Assembly (NCBI GenBank): GCA_031375925.1
Contig: JANMIS010000669.1
Location: 1-48,663, forward strand
Reading direction: 5' to 3'
DNA from: Synechococcales cyanobacterium OTE_70_concoct_197_sub
GTDB taxonomy: Bacteria > Cyanobacteriota > Cyanobacteriia > Leptolyngbyales > Leptolyngbyaceae
DNA length: 48,663 bases
The stretch's first letter is position 1. Each line of letters starts with the position of its first letter. This document shows, piece by piece, positions 36,031-44,388 of this stretch. Made by a program: the position numbers and the translations under genes. Below the pieces are notes generated by a model. It did not search any database, was not told the origin of the DNA, and worked only from the letters and a program-made list of their open reading frames with translations.

Positions 36031-37673
36031 TGCCAACACTTACCAAAAAAGCGAGGTCGAGCCAGGATTGGCAAGAAGAAAGGCTACCTCTGAAGGCTAG
36101 CCCAAATCGCCGATCGCCCAAATCAAATCGCAAGATTGCACCGGAGAAAGAAGCCCCGACTCTAAGCGCTGACTACGAATCCGACGTTTTGAAGGTGTTG
36201 CGATGGCAGATGACACAGGAAAGTGTGGTCAAGCTGCACTCAAAACCGATGTTCGACCACTTCGCGCCGATGGTCCGGGTTGAAAGTTCGGGTTCAGTTG
36301 TTCAATTCAAGCCCTACGATTTTCAGAGTGAATTAATCAAAACTATTGACCGGAATAGCCACACAGTAGTGGTCAAGTCTCGGCAGATGGGAATTTCTGA
36401 AAGTATTTGCTGCTACTTGTTGATGCGGGCGGCGACGGAACCGGGGTTTTCTGCGATCGTCTTCTCAAAAACTCTGGATGATTCTGGACTGCTCGGACGG
36501 CGGATTCGCAACATGGCTCAGTCACTCGGGTCACTGTGCCCAGGGTTCTCAAGCGAGTCTGACAAGAAGTTAGCCTTCAAGCGATTGGGCACGATTAGCT
36601 TTCTTCCTGGGACTTCCCGATCGGCTCGTGGTATCGCTTCAGTCTCAGTTATCTTTTTCGACGAAGCCGCATTTATTGACGAGATCGACGGCATTTATCA
36701 AGCGGCGATGCCCACTCTATCCATGGTGGGAGATAAGGCCAAGGTGATTTTTAATAGTACCCCCAACGGACGATCGGGCCTCTTCTACCGTCTCATGATT
36801 AGCGGTCCCGACGACAAAAAACGATCGATCCAAGCCTGCAAGGATATCGGCCTACCTAGCAACAATATCCAGCCTTTCGAGCGACTGCAACGCCACACTC
36901 AGCAATGGGTGACGAAGAATTGGGCCAAGGTTTTCCTTCATTGGCGGGTTCATCCGATCTACGGGAAAGATCCCGATTGGGCCGATAAAACCAGAATCGA
37001 TCGACAACTTACACAATCACAATGGGACCAAGAGTACGAGCTGGCATTCTCCGAAGGTTCTACCAGTGTGTTCCCGCCGGAACTTGTGGAAGCGGCGGCG
37101 ATCGGGGATTGGGCTGAACCTGTCGCGGGGCGATCGTATGTCATGGGCATTGACCCGGCATTCGGCGGCGCGGATAGCTTTGTTGCACAGGTTTGGAGTG
37201 TTCACCGTGGTCAATACTCGCTAGTGTCGGAGTACTCAGCGGCGCGGACGTCGAAAACGATCAATATCAATCGGGTCATTGAATTGGTGGACAAGTACAA
37301 GCCGATTAACGTCAATATCGAAACAAACAGCGGCGGCGGCATTATCCTAGAGGACTTAATCAAAAAACGATCGCGCATCAATTGGGGTGAGGTCAACACT
37401 CAGAATCGATCGAAAATCGAGAACACCGATCGAATCGTCCTAATGCTGGAGCGTCAACAAATCGAATTCCCCGAAGATTCTAACCTGAGCAAGGAAATGC
37501 CGCACTTCGTTGAGCAAATCGGGGCTAAAATGAGGGCGACGACCCGCACCCGATCGGCTGAGTCTGGGTTCCACGATGATTCGGTGATGGCCTGCGCTAT
37601 CACTTTTGCTAACATCGAAGAGTGGGGTGATCGCCCTAATCAATCAACATTATTAGACGGGATTCTTCGCTAA
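36030..37673 (+). CDS. terL: Terminase large subunit
   Basis: ATPase Walker B VIFFDEAAFI. Nuclease-domain acidic motifs GIDPAFGGADSF and FHDDSVMAC. The portal gene follows with TAATG coupling. Confidence 0.85.
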   Translation: MPTLTKKARSSQDWQEERLPLKASPNRRSPKSNRKIAPEKEAPTLSADYESDVLKVLRWQMTQESVVKLHSKPMFDHFAPMVRVESSGSVVQFKPYDFQSELIKTIDRNSHTVVVKSRQMGISESICCYLLMRAATEPGFSAIVFSKTLDDSGLLGRRIRNMAQSLGSLCPGFSSESDKKLAFKRLGTISFLPGTSRSARGIASVSVIFFDEAAFIDEIDGIYQAAMPTLSMVGDKAKVIFNSTPNGRSGLFYRLMISGPDDKKRSIQACKDIGLPSNNIQPFERLQRHTQQWVTKNWAKVFLHWRVHPIYGKDPDWADKTRIDRQLTQSQWDQEYELAFSEGSTSVFPPELVEAAAIGDWAEPVAGRSYVMGIDPAFGGADSFVAQVWSVHRGQYSLVSEYSAARTSKTININRVIELVDKYKPINVNIETNSGGGIILEDLIKKRSRINWGEVNTQNRSKIENTDRIVLMLERQQIEFPEDSNLSKEMPHFVEQIGAKMRATTRTRSAESGFHDDSVMACAITFANIEEWGDRPNQSTLLDGILR

Positions 37674-39118
37674 TGGACCCAATATTTGCACCTCAACAGA
37701 TCCGCCTCGACGGCATCCAAAACCTCACTACAGGAATGGGGGTGCAATCTGGTTTGTCTATGGGGCTGTTCTCTCGGCCCACACTCACCCGAGAGCAGCA
37801 ATCAAGGCTCCTAAAATACGGGTTTCTCCGCAAGATTGTATCTAAACTACCCAAGGCATCAACAGCGAAATGGGGCAATCCAACGATCGTAGATGGCGAC
37901 CCCGAAACGATCGCATCCATCACTACAGCAATGGACAAAATCAAAGTCCTTATCCCTGGGGAATTGGCGGTGACAGGGGTAAAGACTGCTTTCTACCACG
38001 CACTCTTCAATGCTTTTTTGACCGGGAATGGGGCGATCGTCATCCATACGATCGAGAAGAAAGACGCGGCGATGGACACTCCGTTGGATCTGAAGAATCT
38101 GAAACAGATCCGTAAGTTGGTTGTGCTCGATCGATGGACCATTCAGCCAGTGGTGCCGATCGATATGATGGAAGAAATTGAGCATTTCCAGATAACGGGC
38201 GGGGCCAAGGTTCACGCATCCCGCGTTCTTTGGTTCGAGGGTGAGAAGCTGGACCAGTGGGGCAAGCAAGTTAATCAGGGCTGTGATGAAAGTATTCTTG
38301 ATGGCATCGCTTCAATTTTTGAGCAGTACATCGGAGGCATTGCAGGCGTAGCAGAAACGCTGCGAAACTTCTCAGTGATTGACATCGGCATTGAGGGTTT
38401 GTGGGAGCTAACAAAAGATCAGGCTCAAGTGATGCGAGTTCGTTCCCAAGCCAATTTAGAGCTACAAGAGACAATGAAGGCGAGGATTCGGGATAAGGAC
38501 AAAGAAATCATCACCCGTGAGACCCGCAATGTTTCGGGTATCTCAGACCTCATGGGAATGCTCAAAGATTGGATGTTGGCAAACACTGACTATCCCCCTG
38601 CTGTCTTGTTTGGGGAGTTTTCCACGGGGTTAGGCGCATCCGGCAAGACGCAGGAAGAACGGGCACTGTGGAACGACACGATCGCCGATCTCCAATCAAA
38701 CAGACTCACCCATCAACTCACGGGCAGACATGCCGATGCTCCGGGGCTGCTAGATATCCTGTGCGCTTGCGCGGACGGGCCAACTAAAGGTAAAGTGCCG
38801 AACGGTCTTGGGTGGATGTGGAAGCCGCTGTATGTGCCATCACCCACTGAGCAAGCCGATCTAGAAATGAACAGGGCACAGATGGCTATGACGATCGCAG
38901 GCGGAGACCCGTCATTCATGCCTCAATATCTACTATCAGCATACGGGGGCAACGCCTACAACCCCAACATTACAATCACCCCTGAGTATAAAAAGCAGCT
39001 TCAAGATCAAGCGGCATTAGTCCCCCCACCCGCACCGGAGACCGATGAATATGGAAATCCGATCGGCACTCAGTACGAGGAAGCCCCGATCGAAGGAGAG
39101 GCGGGACCAGAACAGTAA
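37673..39118 (+). CDS. Portal protein (DUF1073-like)
   Basis: 481 aa, immediately downstream of terL. The family call is from memory and position. Confidence 0.7.
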   Translation: MDPIFAPQQIRLDGIQNLTTGMGVQSGLSMGLFSRPTLTREQQSRLLKYGFLRKIVSKLPKASTAKWGNPTIVDGDPETIASITTAMDKIKVLIPGELAVTGVKTAFYHALFNAFLTGNGAIVIHTIEKKDAAMDTPLDLKNLKQIRKLVVLDRWTIQPVVPIDMMEEIEHFQITGGAKVHASRVLWFEGEKLDQWGKQVNQGCDESILDGIASIFEQYIGGIAGVAETLRNFSVIDIGIEGLWELTKDQAQVMRVRSQANLELQETMKARIRDKDKEIITRETRNVSGISDLMGMLKDWMLANTDYPPAVLFGEFSTGLGASGKTQEERALWNDTIADLQSNRLTHQLTGRHADAPGLLDILCACADGPTKGKVPNGLGWMWKPLYVPSPTEQADLEMNRAQMAMTIAGGDPSFMPQYLLSAYGGNAYNPNITITPEYKKQLQDQAALVPPPAPETDEYGNPIGTQYEEAPIEGEAGPEQ

Positions 39119-39127
39119 GAACCTCAG

Positions 39128-39330
39128 ACAGATTCGGCGGTTGACACTCTCAGCTCTAAAGAGACTGAGATTCTGCTGACAGGGGTTTAACCGTAGGACT
39201 TGTCCATAGTTTTATCCTCGCTGCGGATGTCAAATTCCGCCTACCCACTCTACTTAGGTCAATGCCTAAGTTTGAGGCTACTTTTCTCAAGATGTTCGCA
39301 GCACCATTAAGGTCTGCATTGATTCTTGAG
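39128..39330 (-). ncRNA. Predicted omega-RNA (reRNA) of the intact TnpB: scaffold overlapping the tnpB 3' end plus flanking guide
   Basis: Terminal hairpin UCUCAGu-CUCU-uu-AGAG-CUGAGA (39148-39170) straddles the tnpB stop. The guide position is then GTGTCAACCGCCGAATCTGT (39147 downward). The 5' limit is a guess. Confidence 0.35.
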
Positions 39331-40510
39331 CCATCGACTGACTGGTACAAACCACGTTTAACGCGCTTACCTGATGCTTTCCACCCTTCTGGCTTTTCGC
39401 CGTACTTGGGTAGGGAGTCGCCATCAAGAAAACTGGCCTTAGACGTATAGGCTTCTTCAGTCGTTTCAAATCGAATTCCATTCACTTCGCAAAGCTGCTT
39501 GATTCGGTCTCTCAGCTTTGCAAGGGGCATCTGAACAAACTTTTGATTGTTCCCTCTACCCATGTTGGAATTGACTTTGAACCCTTCATTCCAGCCACAA
39601 ATAATTGTCCCGATGCCATGCTTAATGCAATGGTCAACAATCAACTTTGCAGCTTTATTTACCCCATCACGCATTTGATGATTGCGCTTACGGGTCACTC
39701 GGTCAAGCCACGAATCCCAGTATTCGGAATGATTTCCTTCTTTCCGGGTCGCAACTCGCTTGTTCCAAAGTTGATTCATTGCCTTCATGTCAAAAGCGTC
39801 AACCAGAAAGGAATTACCTTTGGTGTCCACGCAAGCCGCCATGTTTGCAGAAGTCCCTAGGTCGATACCCAGAGCTTCGGAGTGGTCTACATCGGCTTGC
39901 TGAGTCGGGACTTCGTAGCTGCACTCAAGATAGAAAGCACCATTCTTTGGAAGAATCGTAAACTCTTTAACCTTCGACATCTCAATATTGGAGATAGCAG
40001 GTAGGAAGAATTCTTTCACCTTGAACCATCGGGAGACCGTAAGCCCTAAACTGAATCGAAGTTGACCGTCTTTCATCAGTGGCTTTTGACCGCCGCTATT
40101 TGGATAAGCAACCTTGAAAAGTTTAGAGACTTCAAGATATCCGGGTGGCTTAGGTCGGAAGTGCAATTGGCCCTTAGAGTGCAGACTGCGGAGTTCTTTG
40201 AATGATTTCCAAGCCTCTGACACAGACATCAAGGTCTGTTGCATGGGCGTCGATGGCAGACTTTGAGCTATTAGGCTTTTCGCTATACTGGGTTCATAGA
40301 ACAGGTCAAATTTACCTGTCATCATCTTCCCGGTCTTGAAAAAAGTCTGACGAGAGAAGTAGACGCCGCTGTTGTAGACCTTGCCTGACTGCTCACAGAG
40401 ATATTGCAAGATTGCTTTTGTCTCTGGGTCGGGATGCAATAGGACTTGCTGCACTCCCATACTTTTCTTTGGTTTTGACATTGATTCGACCTTCAATGTG
40501 TTGTATTCTT
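39148..40510 (-). mobile_element. TnpB-only IS200/IS605-family (IS1341-like) element; left end unresolved
   Basis: tnpB has no tnpA anywhere in the window. The right end is placed at the conserved hairpin shared with the decayed copy at 24705-24727. The left end lies somewhere in 40482-40548. Confidence 0.5.
39156..40481 (-). CDS. tnpB: TnpB, RNA-guided RuvC nuclease (IS605 OrfB family)
   Basis: RuvC-I LGIDLGTS, RuvC-II region IICGWNEGFK, RuvC-III INADLNGAANILRKV. EEAYTSKASFLD replaces the usual CxxC zinc-finger segment. Start set at ATG 40481 (MSKPKK...). Confidence 0.9.
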   Translation of the reverse strand: MSKPKKSMGVQQVLLHPDPETKAILQYLCEQSGKVYNSGVYFSRQTFFKTGKMMTGKFDLFYEPSIAKSLIAQSLPSTPMQQTLMSVSEAWKSFKELRSLHSKGQLHFRPKPPGYLEVSKLFKVAYPNSGGQKPLMKDGQLRFSLGLTVSRWFKVKEFFLPAISNIEMSKVKEFTILPKNGAFYLECSYEVPTQQADVDHSEALGIDLGTSANMAACVDTKGNSFLVDAFDMKAMNQLWNKRVATRKEGNHSEYWDSWLDRVTRKRNHQMRDGVNKAAKLIVDHCIKHGIGTIICGWNEGFKVNSNMGRGNNQKFVQMPLAKLRDRIKQLCEVNGIRFETTEEAYTSKASFLDGDSLPKYGEKPEGWKASGKRVKRGLYQSVDGSRINADLNGAANILRKVASNLGIDLSRVGRRNLTSAARIKLWTSPTVKPLSAESQSL

Positions 40511-40526
40511 ATATGGTATACCATAT
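40511..40526. promoter_or_regulatory. 16-bp perfect palindrome ATATGGTATACCATAT
   Basis: Lies between the tnpB start (40481) and the RHH-like gene start (40549). It could be an operator for the RHH protein or the left-end hairpin of the IS. Confidence 0.45.
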
Positions 40527-40548
40527 TTCACAAGGTTACAGCAGCAAA

Positions 40549-40728
40549 ATGAAAAAAGGTGGGAATCCAAATCTCGGATGGAAATCAGACAATGGGCAAG
40601 CCTACGACAGAATCCCTGTTCAACTTAAGGTGTTACCGGGTGTCCGGGAGCGACTGATAACTATAGATGACTGGCAAAACAAAATTAGAGGTTTTATTGA
40701 TGAACTACTGGCAGAACAAGGTGGCTAA
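40549..40728 (+). CDS. Small ribbon-helix-helix-like protein (59 aa), paralogue of 18083..18238
   Basis: MKKGGNPNLGW...IPVQLKVLPGVRERLITIDDWQNKIRGFIDELL. The start is the internal ATG of track ORF 40381..40728, beyond the tnpB start. Confidence 0.55.
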   Translation: MKKGGNPNLGWKSDNGQAYDRIPVQLKVLPGVRERLITIDDWQNKIRGFIDELLAEQGG

Positions 40729-41041
40729 AGTCCCGCGAGTCGCTTCCCTCCCAGGTCTGAAGACGCTGGGTTTCCCGCATACCGAGGTATCTTATGATCC
40801 GATCGATCGCATGGTTCGCGAATCAGTGAGCAAAGGACTCAAGCTATTCAACACATCGAGGACGGTTGGTGATGGGAAGATACCCGATCGGTGGATGATC
40901 GATTTTGCCGATGGTGGCAAATTGGACAGCGACGACCTGATTAAGTGGCGATCGTTTTGGCGTGATCCGAAGCCAAAGTCAGAGCTTGACAAACTGTTAC
41001 ACGGGGGAAGGTGGGGGAAGGTTTGGGGGAATCGGGTTTAG
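40700..41041 (+). CDS. Hypothetical protein (113 aa)
   Basis: ORF 40667..41041; ATG 40700 is preferred but uncertain. A terminator follows. Confidence 0.5.
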   Translation: MNYWQNKVAKVPRVASLPGLKTLGFPHTEVSYDPIDRMVRESVSKGLKLFNTSRTVGDGKIPDRWMIDFADGGKLDSDDLIKWRSFWRDPKPKSELDKLLHGGRWGKVWGNRV

Positions 41042-41051
41042 GGAAAAAAGA

Positions 41052-41080
41052 AGGGGCGATCGGTTTATTCGATCGCCCCT
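41052..41080. terminator. Bidirectional terminator hairpin
   Basis: AGGGGCGATCG-gtttatt-CGATCGCCCCT, preceded by an A-run. It lies between convergent gene blocks. Confidence 0.65.
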
Positions 41081-41126
41081 AGATCCTTCTCGATTTCGTC
41101 CCCCCTATTTTGATGCAGAGCCAGAG

Positions 41127-41303
41127 TCATGATCTGCAATCCGCACCCTGTGAATGGGTCAAGCTTGGCAATAGCCCATTGCAACGTCGATGATGATGGG
41201 CCACGTGCAAAGCTGATTCCATCAACTGGAATAGCCAAAGAACACGATCGGCGAGGTTTAAACTATAGTCTTTAAGTATGTTGTAGACGGCTCTTTGAGT
41301 CAT
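41127..41303 (-). CDS. Possible 58-aa protein, below the ORF-track cutoff
   Basis: ATG 41303 gives MTQRAVYNILKDYSLNLADRVLWLFQLMESALHVAHHHRRCNGL... No clear RBS. Confidence 0.3.
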   Translation of the reverse strand: MTQRAVYNILKDYSLNLADRVLWLFQLMESALHVAHHHRRCNGLLPSLTHSQGADCRS

Positions 41304-41343
41304 GATTTTTGAGGGTTTGTAAAGTGAACTCGATCGGGCATGG

Positions 41344-41607
41344 TTAAGGATTCAGGCTATCGATCGCTCGTTTCTGATCAAACATGTCGGCATCGCCCCA
41401 AGCCTCACAGAAGGCGTCGATCGCCTCTTGGATTGTGCCACCAAACCCGACCCCAACCATCATGTCAGCCCCCAACAGGACGCAATACTGATCGCTGCTG
41501 TCGAGGGTGATCGTAATGTTCTTCGGGATGAAGATGTGGGCGTTTTTCTGGGGTGGTGCCGATCGGATCAGGTGAACAACCTCAGCAGGTTGCAGAATGT
41601 CATTCAT
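41344..41607 (-). CDS. Hypothetical protein (87 aa)
   Basis: ATGA-type overlap with the upstream gene (41604-41607). Confidence 0.55.
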   Translation of the reverse strand: MNDILQPAEVVHLIRSAPPQKNAHIFIPKNITITLDSSDQYCVLLGADMMVGVGFGGTIQEAIDAFCEAWGDADMFDQKRAIDSLNP

Positions 41608-42191
41608 CGCATTCCAGGTGCGCTGTTAAAATCGATCGCAAACAACCGCTTCAGGTCTCCCAAGGTCTCCGGCGCGGGTTCATTAACCTTGTTCACAAAA
41701 TCGATCGCAAACAATGGATATCCAAAATTGGGCAAGGCTTCAATCTCGCCCTCAATATAGATTTCGGTGTTGTCGCAATGGTTCGACATCCAACCGCCCG
41801 TCCCCTCATAACGCAACAACCAAGCACGATCGCCCACTTGCAATAGCCTGTAGGACTGCGATCGATCGAACTCTCCGGTGGTGTTAATCCATTGAGAGCA
41901 GGAATAGTTCTCGTACTCCTTCATCGCGATTTCGAGTTCCGTGAGAATCTTGCCCTCGCCACAATGAGCGCGATCGTCCTGGTAGACGACAACTAGATCC
42001 GCTGGACCCAGGTTTTTAGAGAGGAAGTCAGGAGTGCCGACGAATGGCGGTTCAAATCCTAGCCATATCAGTAATTTAAACTGGTCTATTTTTGACATCG
42101 ATCGATCGCCTGCATTCCGGTAGAAAGTTCGATCGGACTCGCGATCGAATGCGTAGTCGTAGAAATCGTTGAAATCGCTGACTATTTTCAT
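41604..42191 (-). CDS. Hypothetical protein (195 aa)
   Basis: Clean, coupled ORF. The C-terminal ...LFAIDFV...AIDFNSAPG faintly recalls the ATP-grasp E/D-x-N-x-x-PG motif; this is very tentative. Confidence 0.6.
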   Translation of the reverse strand: MKIVSDFNDFYDYAFDRESDRTFYRNAGDRSMSKIDQFKLLIWLGFEPPFVGTPDFLSKNLGPADLVVVYQDDRAHCGEGKILTELEIAMKEYENYSCSQWINTTGEFDRSQSYRLLQVGDRAWLLRYEGTGGWMSNHCDNTEIYIEGEIEALPNFGYPLFAIDFVNKVNEPAPETLGDLKRLFAIDFNSAPGMR

Positions 42192-42397
42192 GATTGATTT
42201 TCCTTAAGTTTCATTTCTTGAAGCCATTCCATGACTTGCGCTTCCGTAACTGTCCCATCATCGATCGCGTGGGCTATCAGTTTAGGCGCGGTCATTATGT
42301 CTTTAGGGACATCTAGCCGGGTCATCTTTGGAGGCAGACCCGATCGGAGTCGCCAAGCTCTGGGCCTGCCGACTCCACGCCCTTCGGCGTTAGACAT
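42188..42397 (-). CDS. Small basic protein (69 aa)
   Basis: Start moved to ATG 42397 (MSNAEGRGVGRPR...), overlapping the upstream gene end by 8 nt. Confidence 0.5.
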   Translation of the reverse strand: MSNAEGRGVGRPRAWRLRSGLPPKMTRLDVPKDIMTAPKLIAHAIDDGTVTEAQVMEWLQEMKLKENQS

Positions 42398-43160
42398 TAA
42401 CGAGTTCCTTCTGATCCGCGCCGTGCTTACGGTTGTAACGGGTCTCAAAATCTTGCCGTGATGTCGAGGTTTCGATTAGTAGGCACAACGCAGCAATTTC
42501 AGGAGCAAGCCGATCGCGCGTTTCATGGCTAATAAACTGAAAAATGCGATCCTGCCGCTGCCAAATACCAGGTATAACCGGATTGTGCTTATCCAAGAAA
42601 TCAACCTCTTCCGGGGTCATCCAAGAATAGGCAAACTTCCAAAAGAAATCCCTTGGGAAGTACCAAGACCGGACTCGATCGCAAACCCCTCTTGAATAGA
42701 GTAGTTTCCAAGGATTAGGCTCTTTGACCAACCGCGTGATCTCATAACGAGCATCACGGGTAGCTTCTTGGTACTGTTCAGGGAGATAGCCTGTCAACCC
42801 TTGGATGAAAGAGTTAAGGCCAACAGAACTGAAAGACTTTAAAGCAAGTCGAGCTTCAGGCTTGTGAAGCTCGAACGCGGCATAATCAATAATTTCAGCA
42901 GCAATATCCGATCGGATTGGCTTAATGGCCTTACCGCGTACTTTAATCTCAGTCACCAAGTACAAAACCCTACCTTGCAAAGGTTTTAGCTCTTCCGGTA
43001 GCCGCTCAGTCACCAAGTCAAACTTAAACCATTTCGAGAGTGTAGAGTGGTCTAACCCGCTCATTCGACTTAGGCCACGGATAGATGTTCCGCTCTCTCC
43101 ACTGGGGGAGATTGTGAAAAATTCTTGATTTGAGTTCAAGACGATCGTATCCTTTGTCAT
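42390..43160 (-). CDS. Phage DNA-binding or antirepressor-like protein (P63C-like C-terminal region)
   Basis: ...PNPWKLLYSRGVCDRVRSWYFPRDFFWKFAYSWMTPEEVDFLDKHNP... resembles P63C-domain proteins. This is from memory. Confidence 0.4.
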   Translation of the reverse strand: MTKDTIVLNSNQEFFTISPSGESGTSIRGLSRMSGLDHSTLSKWFKFDLVTERLPEELKPLQGRVLYLVTEIKVRGKAIKPIRSDIAAEIIDYAAFELHKPEARLALKSFSSVGLNSFIQGLTGYLPEQYQEATRDARYEITRLVKEPNPWKLLYSRGVCDRVRSWYFPRDFFWKFAYSWMTPEEVDFLDKHNPVIPGIWQRQDRIFQFISHETRDRLAPEIAALCLLIETSTSRQDFETRYNRKHGADQKELVNV

Positions 43161-43226
43161 GTTGAGTCCTACTGTTTTTAGGGTTTAACCATGGGGTGGG
43201 GTATTTCCAGTACCGCCGCCCTTCCC

Positions 43227-43239
43227 TTGTATCATACAA
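43227..43239. promoter_or_regulatory. Palindrome TTGTAT-c-ATACAA in the intergenic region upstream of 43160
   Basis: 6-bp perfect arms, read directly. It lies 67 nt upstream of the minus-strand start at 43160. Confidence 0.3.
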
Positions 43240-43267
43240 TAAAACGACAGAGAATAGATCGATCGCC

Positions 43268-43660
43268 CTAGTAATCCAGCCCGATCGCAGCCAACGTAAT
43301 CACCACTCGCCCTCGATATCCGTCCTGCCGATCGCCTTCCACCACGGTATCTATCCATGTGTCCGTATTTGGCAACGTCACCGACCAACGCGCACCGGGG
43401 GCTGTAGCAGTGTCCCAATCACCGATCGATGGGAACATTGCGGCACATTCAATCGGTAAGCTGACCGTCCACTTCATCACGTTTGCTGGGGTGAGTTCGT
43501 TTGGTCCCAGTTGGCCTAGGGGTTGCGATCGGTTCTTCTTGATCATGGGGCACGGAATGAATTCGATCGCCCCATAGCGCAGTCGATAAGCGGGGCGAAG
43601 TCCTAGGGATGTGGAGAGTCGATCGAGCGATCGGCCTGTGAGTCTGCGGAGTGTGGTCAT
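43268..43660 (-). CDS. Hypothetical protein (130 aa)
   Basis: Start moved to ATG 43660 (MTTLRRL...), which overlaps the upstream stop as ATGA. Confidence 0.6.
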   Translation of the reverse strand: MTTLRRLTGRSLDRLSTSLGLRPAYRLRYGAIEFIPCPMIKKNRSQPLGQLGPNELTPANVMKWTVSLPIECAAMFPSIGDWDTATAPGARWSVTLPNTDTWIDTVVEGDRQDGYRGRVVITLAAIGLDY

Positions 43661-44388
43661 TTTTTCATCCACGATCGAAATCTGTAAGCGCCGCCTGTTT
43701 CTTTGCCGTTGGCTCTGGTTCTGATCCAAGTCCCTTTTTTGATCATGGCCAACTCTCGATCGGTGCAAAGTCTTGCCGCGTCTACTTTACCCTCCCACCC
43801 TGTGACCTTCTTCTCTCTGGCGCGGGAGATGGCCCTCGATCGGCTAGTGGCGTGGACTACAGCCCCAGTATTTCTGCCCGAAAAATGGACGAGCCACTTG
43901 CTGACGGTGGGGCTTGAGTCTATCCGCAATCCGTATTTCTCGTTTATACGATCGATCGCCCGTGCTAACACAGCAGGGTCCATTGCATCCAATTTCGATG
44001 AAACCATCACGGGCGCACCTTCTCGGCCTGGTTTTGGGTCTTGGGCCTGCTTCCGTTTTGCGAGGCGCGATCGGTCTTTTTTCGACAACGATCGAGCCAT
44101 AGATGCGGGCAGACATTTCACCTTGCCTTTCGTCTCACCATCGCCGCACCCACCCACAATCTTGCCGGATGAGTTGATACCCACCCATTTCTCTTTGAAC
44201 CAACGATCGAGGGAATCAGATCGCCACGTCCCCCCGCGTTCTTTATAGATTTTTGAGGCGTACCCATTTGAAAAAGCGCTTGGATGAATTTTGAATTTGC
44301 GCTTGGCTTCTGCCTGACACTTTGCCCACAATTTTGGATTAGCGGCAGTGTTGGAGTCCGATCGATGCTCGTCGGTGAATTTCATCAA
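43657..44388 (-). CDS. Conserved phage protein with a ...HPSAFSNGYASKIYKERGGTW... N-terminal domain and a DRINEKYGLRID module
   Basis: KLWAKCQAEAKRKFKIHPSAFSNGYASKIYKERGGTW...WFKEKWVGI...GGCGDGETKGKVKCLP matches a family I recall from phages and giant viruses (PSAYANgwA..YK..GG.W). It also carries ARAIDRINEKYGLRID. Confidence 0.6.
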   Translation of the reverse strand: MMKFTDEHRSDSNTAANPKLWAKCQAEAKRKFKIHPSAFSNGYASKIYKERGGTWRSDSLDRWFKEKWVGINSSGKIVGGCGDGETKGKVKCLPASMARSLSKKDRSRLAKRKQAQDPKPGREGAPVMVSSKLDAMDPAVLARAIDRINEKYGLRIDSSPTVSKWLVHFSGRNTGAVVHATSRSRAISRAREKKVTGWEGKVDAARLCTDRELAMIKKGTWIRTRANGKETGGAYRFRSWMKK

